Assembly (NCBI GenBank): GCA_020443005.1
Contig: JAGRJA010000398.1
Coordinates: 1 to 33,795, forward strand
Length of the DNA: 33,795 bases
Direction of reading: 5' to 3'
DNA from: Pseudomonadales bacterium
Lineage (GTDB): Bacteria > Pseudomonadota > Gammaproteobacteria > Pseudomonadales > UBA7239
Shown piece after piece: positions 1-8,729 of the stretch. A program made the translations under genes and the position numbers. Below the pieces are notes generated by a model. It was not told where the DNA came from. It worked only from the letters and a program-made list of their open reading frames with translations, and did not search any database. How positions within the stretch are numbered: position 1 is the first letter of the stretch; each line of letters begins with the position of its first letter.

Positions 1-2038
1 CGACAATTCTGTCGCCGTCACCATCAAGGGCAATACCGAGGTCGGCGTTTTCAGCCTTGACCTTTTCAACAAGGTCATCCAGGTTTGACAACAGACTGGG
101 GTCGGGATCGTGGTTAGGAAAGGATCCATCCACTGTGCAGTAGAGCGGCACAACCTCACAACCAAGTTCCTCAAGAAGTTTGGGAGCAAAGTCACCGGCA
201 ATGCCGTTTGCACAATCAATCACCACCTTCAGGTTACCTGAAAGTGCAATATCGGCAGCAATTTGATCCATGTAGGCACTGTTGATATTCAGCGTTTTAA
301 GCGTACCAGAGCCGCTGTTGATGTTGCCGCTTTCAATGCGTTGGCGAATATTCTGAATGTCGTTACTGGCGAGGGTTCTGCCGCAAATCACAATTTTGAA
401 GCCGTTGTCTTCGGCAGGGTTGTGGCTGGCAGTTACCATGACTCCCGACATGGTGGTAGTGGTGGTGGTAGTGAAGTACATGAGCGGTGTAGTCACTTTG
501 CCAATATCTTCCACATCGCAACCCGTGCTGATGATGCCCTTGATTAAATGCTCCTTGATGCGGGGTGTGCTCAAACGGCCATCGCCGCCGACGGCGATAA
601 CTTTTTCACCTTTTGAAAGAGCTTCGCTGCCAATAGCCTGGCCAATGGCGTAGGCATCATCATTGCCGATAAACCGGTCGGCATTGCCGCGAATATCGTA
701 GTCGCGGAAAATAGTCGGGTTGATGGAGCGACCTTGCCGGCTTGCCGGGGCTGGCGCAGCAGGGGCGGCGGGTGCTATCTTTTCGGATTTTTCCGCGGCG
801 GGCGTGTTTGCAGTTGCTGTGGAATCACTGGCCTCCATGGAGAAAATGTCACCGCTGTCAAATTCTTCGGGCAGTGAATCGTCAAGGTTGAGGATATCAC
901 TTAAATCCTCCATGTCATCCAGTTCGGCGGAGTCTTCAGTTTCTGCTACATCCAGCATGTCGTTGTGCTGGAATATAGGGGAAGCGATGGAAGCATCTTC
1001 CAGCTTTTGCCTTCTTTTCAGTTCTTCTTCTGCTTCCTCCTCGATGGATTTTTCGATTTTCTCAACTTTGCTGATGGATTTCGCAGAGGCAATTTGGATA
1101 GGCGCAACTTCTGTTCGCAATTTGCTGGATAGTTGCTGGAAGAACCGCTGCAAGATAACCATCAGGATAATCAAATAGAGGGCGATGCTGGCAGCCAGCA
1201 CCATGGGAGAGCTGACAGACATGTGTTTCAGTTTGGGGGAAGGTGTCAGCAGCACTGTCCAGTGAGAATCAGCAACACTCGCATTGACGCCTGATTTCAG
1301 GTTGTTTTCCGGTTTGGCTTTCCCTGTTGTCAGTACTACCCGGGCTTCACCTCCCGGAAATTGCTGGATCAGTGTAGTGTCGCCCATTTCGGGGTCCAGA
1401 GATAATAGCGGTTGCTTTAACAGGTCAATGCGGTAGGAAATGAAGAGTGTACCGGCAATCGCTTTGAAAGACTGTTCGCTCATGATGGGCGTGGCCATGT
1501 TGAGAAACCAGGTGCCATCGCGCTCAATGGCTTCAGGAATAAAAGTCTCCTTGCGTTCGATTTTCCTGACCATGCTTAATTCTGAAAAACTGAGGATAAA
1601 GTCATCTGCCAGACCTGCAGGAATGATAAATACCTTCTCCGCATAGGGCATTTCGCTTTGCAGCTTTTCTGCCTGCAGCAGGGCCTCGGGATAATTGCGC
1701 TGATCCAGTGCAGAAACAATATTTGTACTGGCTGCCATATCCTGCATATGCGCCGAGAGTATTCTGATATGTGTCTGGAGTGAGCTCGCCTGAGCTTTAG
1801 CCAGTTCACTGGAAAGTTTATCGGTAAAATTATTGTTGATCTGGATAACAAAAAGGAAATAAAGCGCTGCTGTCATCGCTGCTGTGAGTAATGTCAGCAT
1901 GCCCAGCATGTTATAAAAAGATTTGCGGGCTTCTTTTTTTATCACATTCTCATCACCCGCAATGGGTGCTGTAGCTTTTGGGCTAGCGGGTTTTTGTGGT
2001 TCCGCATTTTCGGGTTGCTTTTTTTTGCCGAGTTTCAC
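1..2038 (-). CDS. algC: Phosphomannomutase/phosphoglucomutase (AlgC type), long form with a ~438-aa N-terminal membrane plus acidic-linker extension. The C-terminus runs off the window at position 1.
   Basis: Absent from the ORF track because it has no stop in the window. My reverse-strand translation is open from GTG 2038 to position 1, with an in-frame TAA at 2042-2044 just upstream and an alternative ATG at 1909. The catalytic part reads INPTIFRDYDIRG...GVMVTASHNPAEDNGFKIV (phosphoserine loop, ~416-433) and ALDGDGDRIV (metal loop, 8-25). Two hydrophobic segments lie in the N-terminal part. Confidence 0.85.
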   Translation of the reverse strand, partial: MKLGKKKQPENAEPQKPASPKATAPIAGDENVIKKEARKSFYNMLGMLTLLTAAMTAALYFLFVIQINNNFTDKLSSELAKAQASSLQTHIRILSAHMQDMAASTNIVSALDQRNYPEALLQAEKLQSEMPYAEKVFIIPAGLADDFILSFSELSMVRKIERKETFIPEAIERDGTWFLNMATPIMSEQSFKAIAGTLFISYRIDLLKQPLLSLDPEMGDTTLIQQFPGGEARVVLTTGKAKPENNLKSGVNASVADSHWTVLLTPSPKLKHMSVSSPMVLAASIALYLIILMVILQRFFQQLSSKLRTEVAPIQIASAKSISKVEKIEKSIEEEAEEELKRRQKLEDASIASPIFQHNDMLDVAETEDSAELDDMEDLSDILNLDDSLPEEFDSGDIFSMEASDSTATANTPAAEKSEKIAPAAPAAPAPASRQGRSINPTIFRDYDIRGNADRFIGNDDAYAIGQAIGSEALSKGEKVIAVGGDGRLSTPRIKEHLIKGIISTGCDVEDIGKVTTPLMYFTTTTTTTMSGVMVTASHNPAEDNGFKIVICGRTLASNDIQNIRQRIESGNINSGSGTLKTLNINSAYMDQIAADIALSGNLKVVIDCANGIAGDFAPKLLEELGCEVVPLYCTVDGSFPNHDPDPSLLSNLDDLVEKVKAENADLGIALDGDGDRIV

Positions 2039-2062
2039 TGTTTATGCCTTCCTGAAAAAAGG

Positions 2063-3259
2063 TTAACGCAATTGTTTGCTTACGAGGTTGATGATGGCGA
2101 TAGCCAGTTTCTTTTTGCTGGTGACAGGAAAGGATTCATTCCCGTCTTTCCAGATTACTGTTACTGCATTGTTTTCGCTGTTAAATCCGGTTTCAGTACC
2201 GGAAACATCATTGGCAATGATCATATCAAGATTTTTCTGCAGGAGTTTGGTTTTTGCATATTCAATCAGGTTTTCGGTTTCAGCGGCAAATCCAACGGTG
2301 TAGGGTTTTGTTTCGAGCGAGGCCACATCACGAACGATGTCAGGATTCTTTACCAATGTAATTTGCAGGGTGTCGTCAGTTGTTTTCTTGATTTTTTGAT
2401 CAGAAAAGATGGCGGGACGATAATCGGCAACAGCAGCGGTGGCAATAAACACATCTGCCTTGTCGGCGAGATTGAGTGATTCGCGGTGCATATCGAGTGC
2501 TGAAACCACATTGACGACCCTTGCCTTTGCAGGGTGGGTGATATTCGTTGGCCCTGTGATCAGCCAGGTTTCCGCGCCAGCATCAATACTGGCCTGTGCC
2601 AGCGCATACCCCATTTTCCCGGAGCTTTGGTTGCTGATATAGCGCACCGGGTCAAGCGCCTCCCGCGTTGGTCCGGCCGTGATGACGACCTTTTTCCCCT
2701 GTAAATGACCTGTTTCGAATAATTTGCAGGACAAATCGGCGATTTCCTCCGGTTCCAGCATGCGCCCCGGGCCTGTGTCACCACAAGCCTGTATGCCGTT
2801 TGCCGGGCCAAAAACCCGGATGCCGCGGGCAATGAGCGTCTCCAGATTGGTTTGTGTGGCGGGCGATGCCCACATTTGCTGGTTCATGGCCGGCGCAATG
2901 GCAATGGGTGACGGGCTGGCCAGACAAAGTGTTTGCAGCAGGTTGCCGGCTTCGCCATTCGCCAGTCTGGCAATGAAGTCTGCGCTTGCCGGCGCAATGA
3001 TAATGGCATCTGCCCAGCGTGCGAGCTCGATATGACCCATCGCTGCTTCTGCGTCAGCATCGAGTAACGCCAGGTGAACCGGTTTGCCCGATAGGGCTTG
3101 CAGGGTAAGCGGGGTGATAAACTCGGTTGCTCCCTTGGTCATTACAACACGAACATCGGCGCCTGCTGTTTGTAGCTTTCTCAGCAGCTCGGCGCTTTTA
3201 TAGGCGGCGATGCCGCCGGTAACGCCGAGAATGATTTGCCTGTTGAGCAGTGGTTTCAT
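2063..3259 (-). CDS. coaBC: Bifunctional phosphopantothenoylcysteine decarboxylase / phosphopantothenate-cysteine ligase
   Basis: 398-aa ORF. It has the flavoprotein N-domain GVTGGIAAYKSAELLRKL, plus PAMNQQMW and ACGDTGPGRM, and the CoaB-domain motifs AAVADYR and KIKK. Confidence 0.95.
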   Translation of the reverse strand: MKPLLNRQIILGVTGGIAAYKSAELLRKLQTAGADVRVVMTKGATEFITPLTLQALSGKPVHLALLDADAEAAMGHIELARWADAIIIAPASADFIARLANGEAGNLLQTLCLASPSPIAIAPAMNQQMWASPATQTNLETLIARGIRVFGPANGIQACGDTGPGRMLEPEEIADLSCKLFETGHLQGKKVVITAGPTREALDPVRYISNQSSGKMGYALAQASIDAGAETWLITGPTNITHPAKARVVNVVSALDMHRESLNLADKADVFIATAAVADYRPAIFSDQKIKKTTDDTLQITLVKNPDIVRDVASLETKPYTVGFAAETENLIEYAKTKLLQKNLDMIIANDVSGTETGFNSENNAVTVIWKDGNESFPVTSKKKLAIAIINLVSKQLR

Positions 3260-3318
3260 GAGTGAGTTGGTGATTACTTCAAAAATTAGCGTTAAGATAA
3301 CACCGGATTGGAGAATTT

Positions 3319-3339
3319 CGAAACAAAATACTTGTTTCG
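3319..3339. repeat. 8-bp perfect inverted repeat CGAAACAA-aatac-TTGTTTCG in the coaBC/radC divergent intergenic region
   Basis: Read directly: arms at 3319-3326 and 3332-3339 with a 5-nt loop, about 40 nt upstream of the radC start. Confidence 0.6.
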
Positions 3340-3378
3340 TATGTCTTTCAATAATCCTGTTTCCATAAGGAGGTGGAA

Positions 3379-4053
3379 ATGACGATCAAGGATTGGCCTG
3401 AAGCAGAGCGGCCAAGAGAAAAACTGCTGTTGAAAGGTGCGTCCTCGCTTTCGGATGCAGAGTTACTCGCGATTTTCCTGAGAACCGGTGTTGCCGGCAA
3501 GTCTGCTGTTGATCTGGCCCGAGAGTTGTTGGTTACTTTTGGTGGGCTTCGTCCTTTACTGGAAGCTGACCTTGAGTGTTTTTCGAAAGCCAGAGGCTTG
3601 GGGACCGCCAAGTTTTCCCAGTTACAGGCCGTGCTGGAAATGGCGCGACGCCATCTGCTGGAAACACTGCAAAGAGAGGGTGCCCTGTCCAGCCCCCTGC
3701 AGGTCAGGCAATACCTTGCATCACGGATGAGAGCGTATCACCGGGAAGTTTTTCTGTGCCTTTATCTGGATAATCGTCACAGGGTCATAGCCTGTGAGGA
3801 ATTGTTTTTTGGAACCATTGACAGTGCGAGTGTTTATCCCAGAGAAGTTGTAAAGTCAGCCTTGCAGCACAATGCTGCTGCAGTCATTTTTTCGCATAAC
3901 CACCCATCCGGGCTTGCGGAGCCGAGTGCAGCAGACAGACATATTACCCGGAAGCTGATCGATGCTCTGGCGTTGGTTGATATACGCGTACTTGATCATA
4001 TGGTAATAGGGGACGGGCAAATTGTGTCATTTGCCGAGCGGGGGTATTTATAG
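3379..4053 (+). CDS. radC: RadC/YicR-family JAMM-motif protein (UPF0758)
   Basis: N-terminus is [17 protein letters not shown] and the C-terminal JAMM motif is [14 protein letters not shown] at 3369-3374 favours ATG 3379 over the track's GTG 3373. Confidence 0.9.
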   Translation: MTIKDWPEAERPREKLLLKGASSLSDAELLAIFLRTGVAGKSAVDLARELLVTFGGLRPLLEADLECFSKARGLGTAKFSQLQAVLEMARRHLLETLQREGALSSPLQVRQYLASRMRAYHREVFLCLYLDNRHRVIACEELFFGTIDSASVYPREVVKSALQHNAAAVIFSHNHPSGLAEPSAADRHITRKLIDALALVDIRVLDHMVIGDGQIVSFAERGYL

Positions 4054-4080
4054 GAATGCTGAGGCCTGATTTGTTTTTTC

Positions 4081-4109
4081 TTGCTATCGTCATTGGCTTC
4101 TGGTATAAA
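4081..4109 (+). promoter_or_regulatory. Sigma-70-type promoter candidate for rpmB-rpmG
   Basis: TTGCTA (4081-4086), a 17-nt spacer, then TATAAA (4104-4109) preceded by TGG (extended -10-like). It lies ~150 nt upstream of rpmB. Confidence 0.45.
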
Positions 4110-4257
4110 ACGCGGCTCTTTTTTTGAAGTTTCTTTGTTGAAGCTTCGAGGCTTGTCTTCCGTAATGCCGGGCCTGTTTTTCAGGGTTTCATGGTCATCG
4201 GCAAGCGCAAGCGGGTTAAGCGGGGTTTCCCCAAAACGAATTGTAATAGGTAAAATC

Positions 4258-4494
4258 ATGTCCAGAGTTTGTCAGGTTACCGGAAAACGACCCATGTCCG
4301 GCAATAATGTATCCCATGCAAAGAATCACACGCGCCGTCGTTTTCTGCCCAATTTGCATCAGCATCGCTTTTGGGTTGAGTCTGAAAAGCGCTTTGTTAA
4401 ATTGAGAGTATCTGCAAAGGGAATGCGTATCATCGATAAGAAGGGTATTGAACAGGTTCTGGTTGACCTGCGTGCCCGTGGCGAGAAATTCTAG
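4258..4494 (+). CDS. rpmB: 50S ribosomal protein L28
   Basis: 78 aa, [34 protein letters not shown]..., a typical L28. The track ORF extends upstream to TTG 4081, but that extension looks non-coding. Confidence 0.95.
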   Translation: MSRVCQVTGKRPMSGNNVSHAKNHTRRRFLPNLHQHRFWVESEKRFVKLRVSAKGMRIIDKKGIEQVLVDLRARGEKF

Positions 4495-4505
4495 GAGTAA
4501 ATGTT

Positions 4506-4673
4506 ATGGCTAAAAGCGCACGCGAAAAAATAAGGTTGGTATCTTCTGCGGGTACCGGGCATTTTTACACGACAGATAAAAACAAACGCAACATGCCTGA
4601 AAAAATGGAGATCAGTAAGTATGATCCGGTTGTACGCAAGCATGTTATGTACAAGGAAGCCAAGATCAAGTAA
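4506..4673 (+). CDS. rpmG: 50S ribosomal protein L33
   Basis: 55-aa ORF below the track's length cutoff: [60 protein letters not shown] lies 7 nt upstream. Confidence 0.95.
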   Translation: MAKSAREKIRLVSSAGTGHFYTTDKNKRNMPEKMEISKYDPVVRKHVMYKEAKIK

Positions 4674-4690
4674 TTTCCTGCAGAATGAAA

Positions 4691-4719
4691 AAGCCCGGCA
4701 GTTGCCGGGTTTTTTTTTT
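4691..4719 (+). terminator. Rho-independent terminator after rpmG
   Basis: GC stem CCCGGCA/TGCCGGG (4694-4709) followed by a T10 run (4710-4719). Confidence 0.8.
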
Positions 4720-4779
4720 GAGGAGCGAAAGTTGACTGAGAGTAGTTTGATGAAAAAACCGTCGTGAGGCAGTCATTGC

Positions 4780-5592
4780 ATGCCCGAGTTACCTGAAGTA
4801 GAAACTACCCGTCGTGGGCTTGAACCGCATTTGCTGGGTTGCAAGGTCAACGCAGTCAGGGTTTTTAACAACAAGCTTCGCTGGCCTGTAACGCCCGGTT
4901 TATCAGTCTTGCTGAATGAATTGACACTGCTTGCACTTGAGCGCAGGGGAAAATACCTCTTGTTTCGGTTCTCTGGGGGCAGCCTTTTGGTGCATCTGGG
5001 TATGTCAGGCAGTTTGCGACTGGTGGATAACAGCGAGCCTCTGAAAAAACACGATCATGTTGAGGTTACTTTCGATCGCTTTGTCATGCGTTTCAATGAC
5101 CCTCGGCGTTTTGGCGCTGTGCTTTGGGTGGAAGGTGACCCTTCGGTACATAAACTGCTGGCCTCATTAGGGCCTGAGCCCCTGTCAGAACATTTTTCCG
5201 GAGACTACCTGTTCGAGCTTTCCAGAAAGCGAACTTTACCGGTGAAAAGCTTTTTGATGGATAGTCGAGTTGTTGTGGGTGTTGGTAATATCTATGCGAA
5301 CGAGGCGTTGTTTGCTACGGGTATTCACCCGCTGAAACCTGCTGGAAAAATCACCAGAAAGCGATATACCCTGCTCGCAGAAGCGGTTGTCACCGTGCTT
5401 TGTAATGCAATCGGGTCAGGCGGAAGTACGCTCAGGGATTTTGTGAATCCGCAAGGGAAGCCAGGGTATTTTCAGCAAACCCTGAAAGTCTATGGTCGAG
5501 CAGGCTTGCCCTGTGTGGTTTGTGGCAGGCTGCTCAAGGATGTTCGGGTTGCCCAGCGAACCAGCGTATTTTGCCCTTCCTGCCAGAAATAA
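4780..5592 (+). CDS. mutM: Formamidopyrimidine-DNA glycosylase
   Basis: N-terminus is MPELPEVETTRRGL (catalytic Pro2/Glu3). The C-terminal zinc finger is CVVCG...CPSCQ. Length is 270 aa. Confidence 0.95.
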   Translation: MPELPEVETTRRGLEPHLLGCKVNAVRVFNNKLRWPVTPGLSVLLNELTLLALERRGKYLLFRFSGGSLLVHLGMSGSLRLVDNSEPLKKHDHVEVTFDRFVMRFNDPRRFGAVLWVEGDPSVHKLLASLGPEPLSEHFSGDYLFELSRKRTLPVKSFLMDSRVVVGVGNIYANEALFATGIHPLKPAGKITRKRYTLLAEAVVTVLCNAIGSGGSTLRDFVNPQGKPGYFQQTLKVYGRAGLPCVVCGRLLKDVRVAQRTSVFCPSCQK

Positions 5593-5593
5593 G

Positions 5594-5611
5594 CCCCCCC
5601 CGATTAATCGG
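5594..5611. repeat. C8 homopolymer overlapping a 12-bp perfect palindrome CCGATTAATCGG
   Basis: Read directly in the 24-nt gap between the convergent stops of mutM (5592) and ggt (5617). The C-run is 5594-5601 and the palindrome is 5600-5611. Confidence 0.9.
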
Positions 5612-5616
5612 CCTTG

Positions 5617-7488
5617 TTATTCACCGAGGGCAAGGCCCTCCCTGCGGGGGTCGCTATAGCCTGTGTAAACTTGATGCTGTACACGAATAACATTGAGACC
5701 ACTGCTTTGTGCCCTGATGAGCGGCTTATGCTGCATTTTGATCAAAGCGGAGAGCAATGATGCCGAGTAGGGCGTTGAGCTGAACTCCAGTTCCACGGTG
5801 TCTTTGATCGCAATTACATGCGGGAGCTGCATAGCCTCATACGGGTCGATATGACGATCAATCACTCTTGTCAGGTGCAGTGCTGTGTAATCGATAATAC
5901 GGGCTCCGCCGGGGGAGCCGGTGATGAGGTAAGGTGATCCATCTTTTCTGAAAACCATTGTGGGCGACATGGAGCTGCGAGGCCGTTTCCCCGGTGCGGG
6001 CCGATTGGCAATGAGCCCGCCATGATCGTCAGTCGGCAGGAACGAAAAGTCGGTCAACTGATTGTTCAGGAGAAAGCCGTTAACCATCACCCGGGAGCCA
6101 AAGGCTGTTTCGATACTGCTGGTCATGCTGAGGGCGTTGCCATAACTGTCGATAATCGACAGTTGTGTTGTTGAGGGTAATTCCGGGTTAATGCCTTCAT
6201 TGACGACAAGGGGTTCCGCGCCAGGTTGGCCCGGGCCAGGAATTGCTGTTTTTCTGGCGGGGTTGATGAGCGAGGCCCGGGTCTGCAGATAAGGTTTGCT
6301 GATCAGCAGCTCGACAGGAACAGGCATGTCTGTCGGGTCGGCGATATAGGCATTCCTGTCGGCAAAAGCAAGCCGTGACGCTTCAATAAAATGATGGATG
6401 AAAATGTCTTCGTTCATGCTCGCCAGCGGAAAGTTTTCCAGAATGCCAAGAATAGACAGCACTGTGCTGCCACCCGATGAAGGCGGGGAGGCACCGCAGA
6501 CCCGGAATTCACGATAGTCCATGCACAGGGGAGCCCTTTCAAGACTTTTGTAATTTTCCAGATCCTGCAGTGTCATGCTGCTTTTTTTGTGCCCGGAAGC
6601 CTGGAGGGTATTGACGATGTTTTTTGCTATTTCACCGGTATAAAAAACTTCGACGCCATGATCAGCTATTAACTGGAGTGTGTTTGCGTAATCCGGGTTC
6701 TTCAGTAACGAGCCCACTTCAAGCGCCTGGCCATTCCTGAAAAAATATTGCGTAAAAGCATTGGGGGTGTTTGCCTGGGGTAAATTCTCCAGCAGGTAAT
6801 TAAGGCGCTGTGACACTTCGAAGCCTGAACGGGCAAGATGTATGGCGGGGTCAAACAGGGGTTGCCAGGGCATTTTTCCATGTTGTCTGTGGGCGTATTC
6901 CAGCATTCTCAGCACGCCGGGCACTCCGGTGGCGTGCCCGCCAACAACAGCATCCAGAAACGGCATGGCTTCATTGCCAGCAAGAAAGTGGCTGGCGTTT
7001 ATGTTGTGCGGAGCGGTTTCGCGACCGTCATAGTAATGCAGTTTTTTTTGGCTGGCATCAAAGTAGAGCAAGAAGGCTCCTCCACCGATACCTGATGACT
7101 GGGGCTCTGTGAGTCCGAGCACCATTTGTGCAGCAATGGCGGCGTCAATTGCGCTGCCACCCTTGGCCAGTATGTTGCTGGCCGCTGCTGTGGCATGGCG
7201 GTTGGCGGTAACGGCCATGTAGCGGGAACCTTCTGACCGGGCTGGAAGACCGGAGCGTGTACCGGAGTGGCTCTCGGGTGCGATGAAATCACCGGGCGTC
7301 GTTACGAATTGTAGCGCCGGGTTTTCACTGGCTGTGGCACAGAAGGCGAGTAGTGACAGGAGAAGCAGGAACAGGTGGGCAGCATTTTGTTGTCTTGCCA
7401 GACAGGAAAGGGCGAAAGGCCGTTTTTTGTTGATGCGCTTCGTGGCTGTTTTGAGAGGATGGGCAAAACAGTGAGAAGTTTGTATCAC
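5617..7488 (-). CDS. ggt: Gamma-glutamyltranspeptidase precursor
   Basis: 623-aa ORF with a signal-like segment LFLLLLSLLAFCATASE. The autoprocessing/nucleophile region is PSTTQLSIIDSYGNALSMTSSIE and a C-terminal GSPGGARII is present. The start is uncertain: GTG 7488 lies only 5 nt after the coaD stop. Confidence 0.88.
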   Translation of the reverse strand: MIQTSHCFAHPLKTATKRINKKRPFALSCLARQQNAAHLFLLLLSLLAFCATASENPALQFVTTPGDFIAPESHSGTRSGLPARSEGSRYMAVTANRHATAAASNILAKGGSAIDAAIAAQMVLGLTEPQSSGIGGGAFLLYFDASQKKLHYYDGRETAPHNINASHFLAGNEAMPFLDAVVGGHATGVPGVLRMLEYAHRQHGKMPWQPLFDPAIHLARSGFEVSQRLNYLLENLPQANTPNAFTQYFFRNGQALEVGSLLKNPDYANTLQLIADHGVEVFYTGEIAKNIVNTLQASGHKKSSMTLQDLENYKSLERAPLCMDYREFRVCGASPPSSGGSTVLSILGILENFPLASMNEDIFIHHFIEASRLAFADRNAYIADPTDMPVPVELLISKPYLQTRASLINPARKTAIPGPGQPGAEPLVVNEGINPELPSTTQLSIIDSYGNALSMTSSIETAFGSRVMVNGFLLNNQLTDFSFLPTDDHGGLIANRPAPGKRPRSSMSPTMVFRKDGSPYLITGSPGGARIIDYTALHLTRVIDRHIDPYEAMQLPHVIAIKDTVELEFSSTPYSASLLSALIKMQHKPLIRAQSSGLNVIRVQHQVYTGYSDPRREGLALGE

Positions 7489-7493
7489 CGTTG

Positions 7494-8000
<507 letters not shown>

Positions 8001-8044
8001 TTAAAGGCGGATGATATTAAAGTATTTGCAACGCGAGCTCAAAA

Positions 8045-8635
8045 CTATTTCCGGACAGCGTCTCTCTGGTAAAGGCAAAAACGGACATCACCTGCAGTTT
8101 TTTGCCGAAAGATTCTCCAGTTTTGAGGTGTGACCGTTTCACGGCTGTGTGAGGGTGATTCGGCATAAACAAAAGCGCCTTCACTGAGCAGTGCCTTCTC
8201 TTCGAGCCTGTTGCAAAAGTGCTGAAGTCCGTCAAGGGCAAATGGAGGGTCGAGAAAGACGATATCAAATTGCTCACCATTGTGTTGGCGTTGTAGCCAG
8301 CTTTCTGCATCGGTGTTGAACAACTGATAGCTTTCGGCACCGATGCGTTCAAGGTTTGAGCGAAGGGTGTTGGCAGCCTGATTCGATTTTTCGACAAAAA
8401 CAATTTGGCTGGCGCCTCTCGACAGTGCTTCCATGCCGAGAATGCCGCTGCCTGCAAACAGGTCGAGGCAACGGCTTTGCATGATGATCGGTGAGAGCCA
8501 GTTAAAGAGTGTTTCCCTGACTCTGTCTCCTGTTGGCCTCAGGCCGTCTCCGGGCAGAAAGTGAATCCGGCTGTTTCGCCATCGTCCTGCGATAATTCGA
8601 ACGGATGATTTTTGTTGCGGTTTTTTTGCGTTCAC
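8045..8635 (-). CDS. rsmD: 16S rRNA (guanine966-N2)-methyltransferase
   Basis: 196 aa with RIIAGRWRNSRI, the SAM loop DLFAGSGILGMEALSRGA and the LDPPF motif. GTG start. Confidence 0.88.
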   Translation of the reverse strand: MNAKKPQQKSSVRIIAGRWRNSRIHFLPGDGLRPTGDRVRETLFNWLSPIIMQSRCLDLFAGSGILGMEALSRGASQIVFVEKSNQAANTLRSNLERIGAESYQLFNTDAESWLQRQHNGEQFDIVFLDPPFALDGLQHFCNRLEEKALLSEGAFVYAESPSHSRETVTPQNWRIFRQKTAGDVRFCLYQRDAVRK

Positions 8636-8729
8636 GCTTTAGCGCTCTATAAACTTGCAGATAAATGATAGGATACACCGATTTGTATCAGCGCGTTCAG
8701 CGCGCAAAACAATAGCAAGGCGATTTAAT

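Noticed and set aside
720-1178. 152-aa Ser/Ala-rich plus-strand ORF, along with the other plus-strand ORFs at 263-653 and 1440-1646.
   Set aside because: They are the antisense image of the Glu/Asp-rich AlgC linker and catalytic domain. The minus-strand frame is continuous and carries PMM/PGM motifs.
4081-4257. In-frame 59-codon upstream extension of rpmB given in the ORF track.
   Set aside because: L28 is ~78 aa and begins [10 protein letters not shown]. The extension overlaps the promoter-like TTGCTA-N17-TATAAA and has no protein-like character.
8682-8705. Tandem TCAGCGCG-T-TCAGCGCG in the rsmD/ftsY intergenic region, and a GATAAATGATAGGATA Fur-box-like stretch at 8660-8676.
   Set aside because: The first is a short GC-rich duplication with no known cognate factor. 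The Fur-like stretch matches the 19-mer consensus poorly once aligned.
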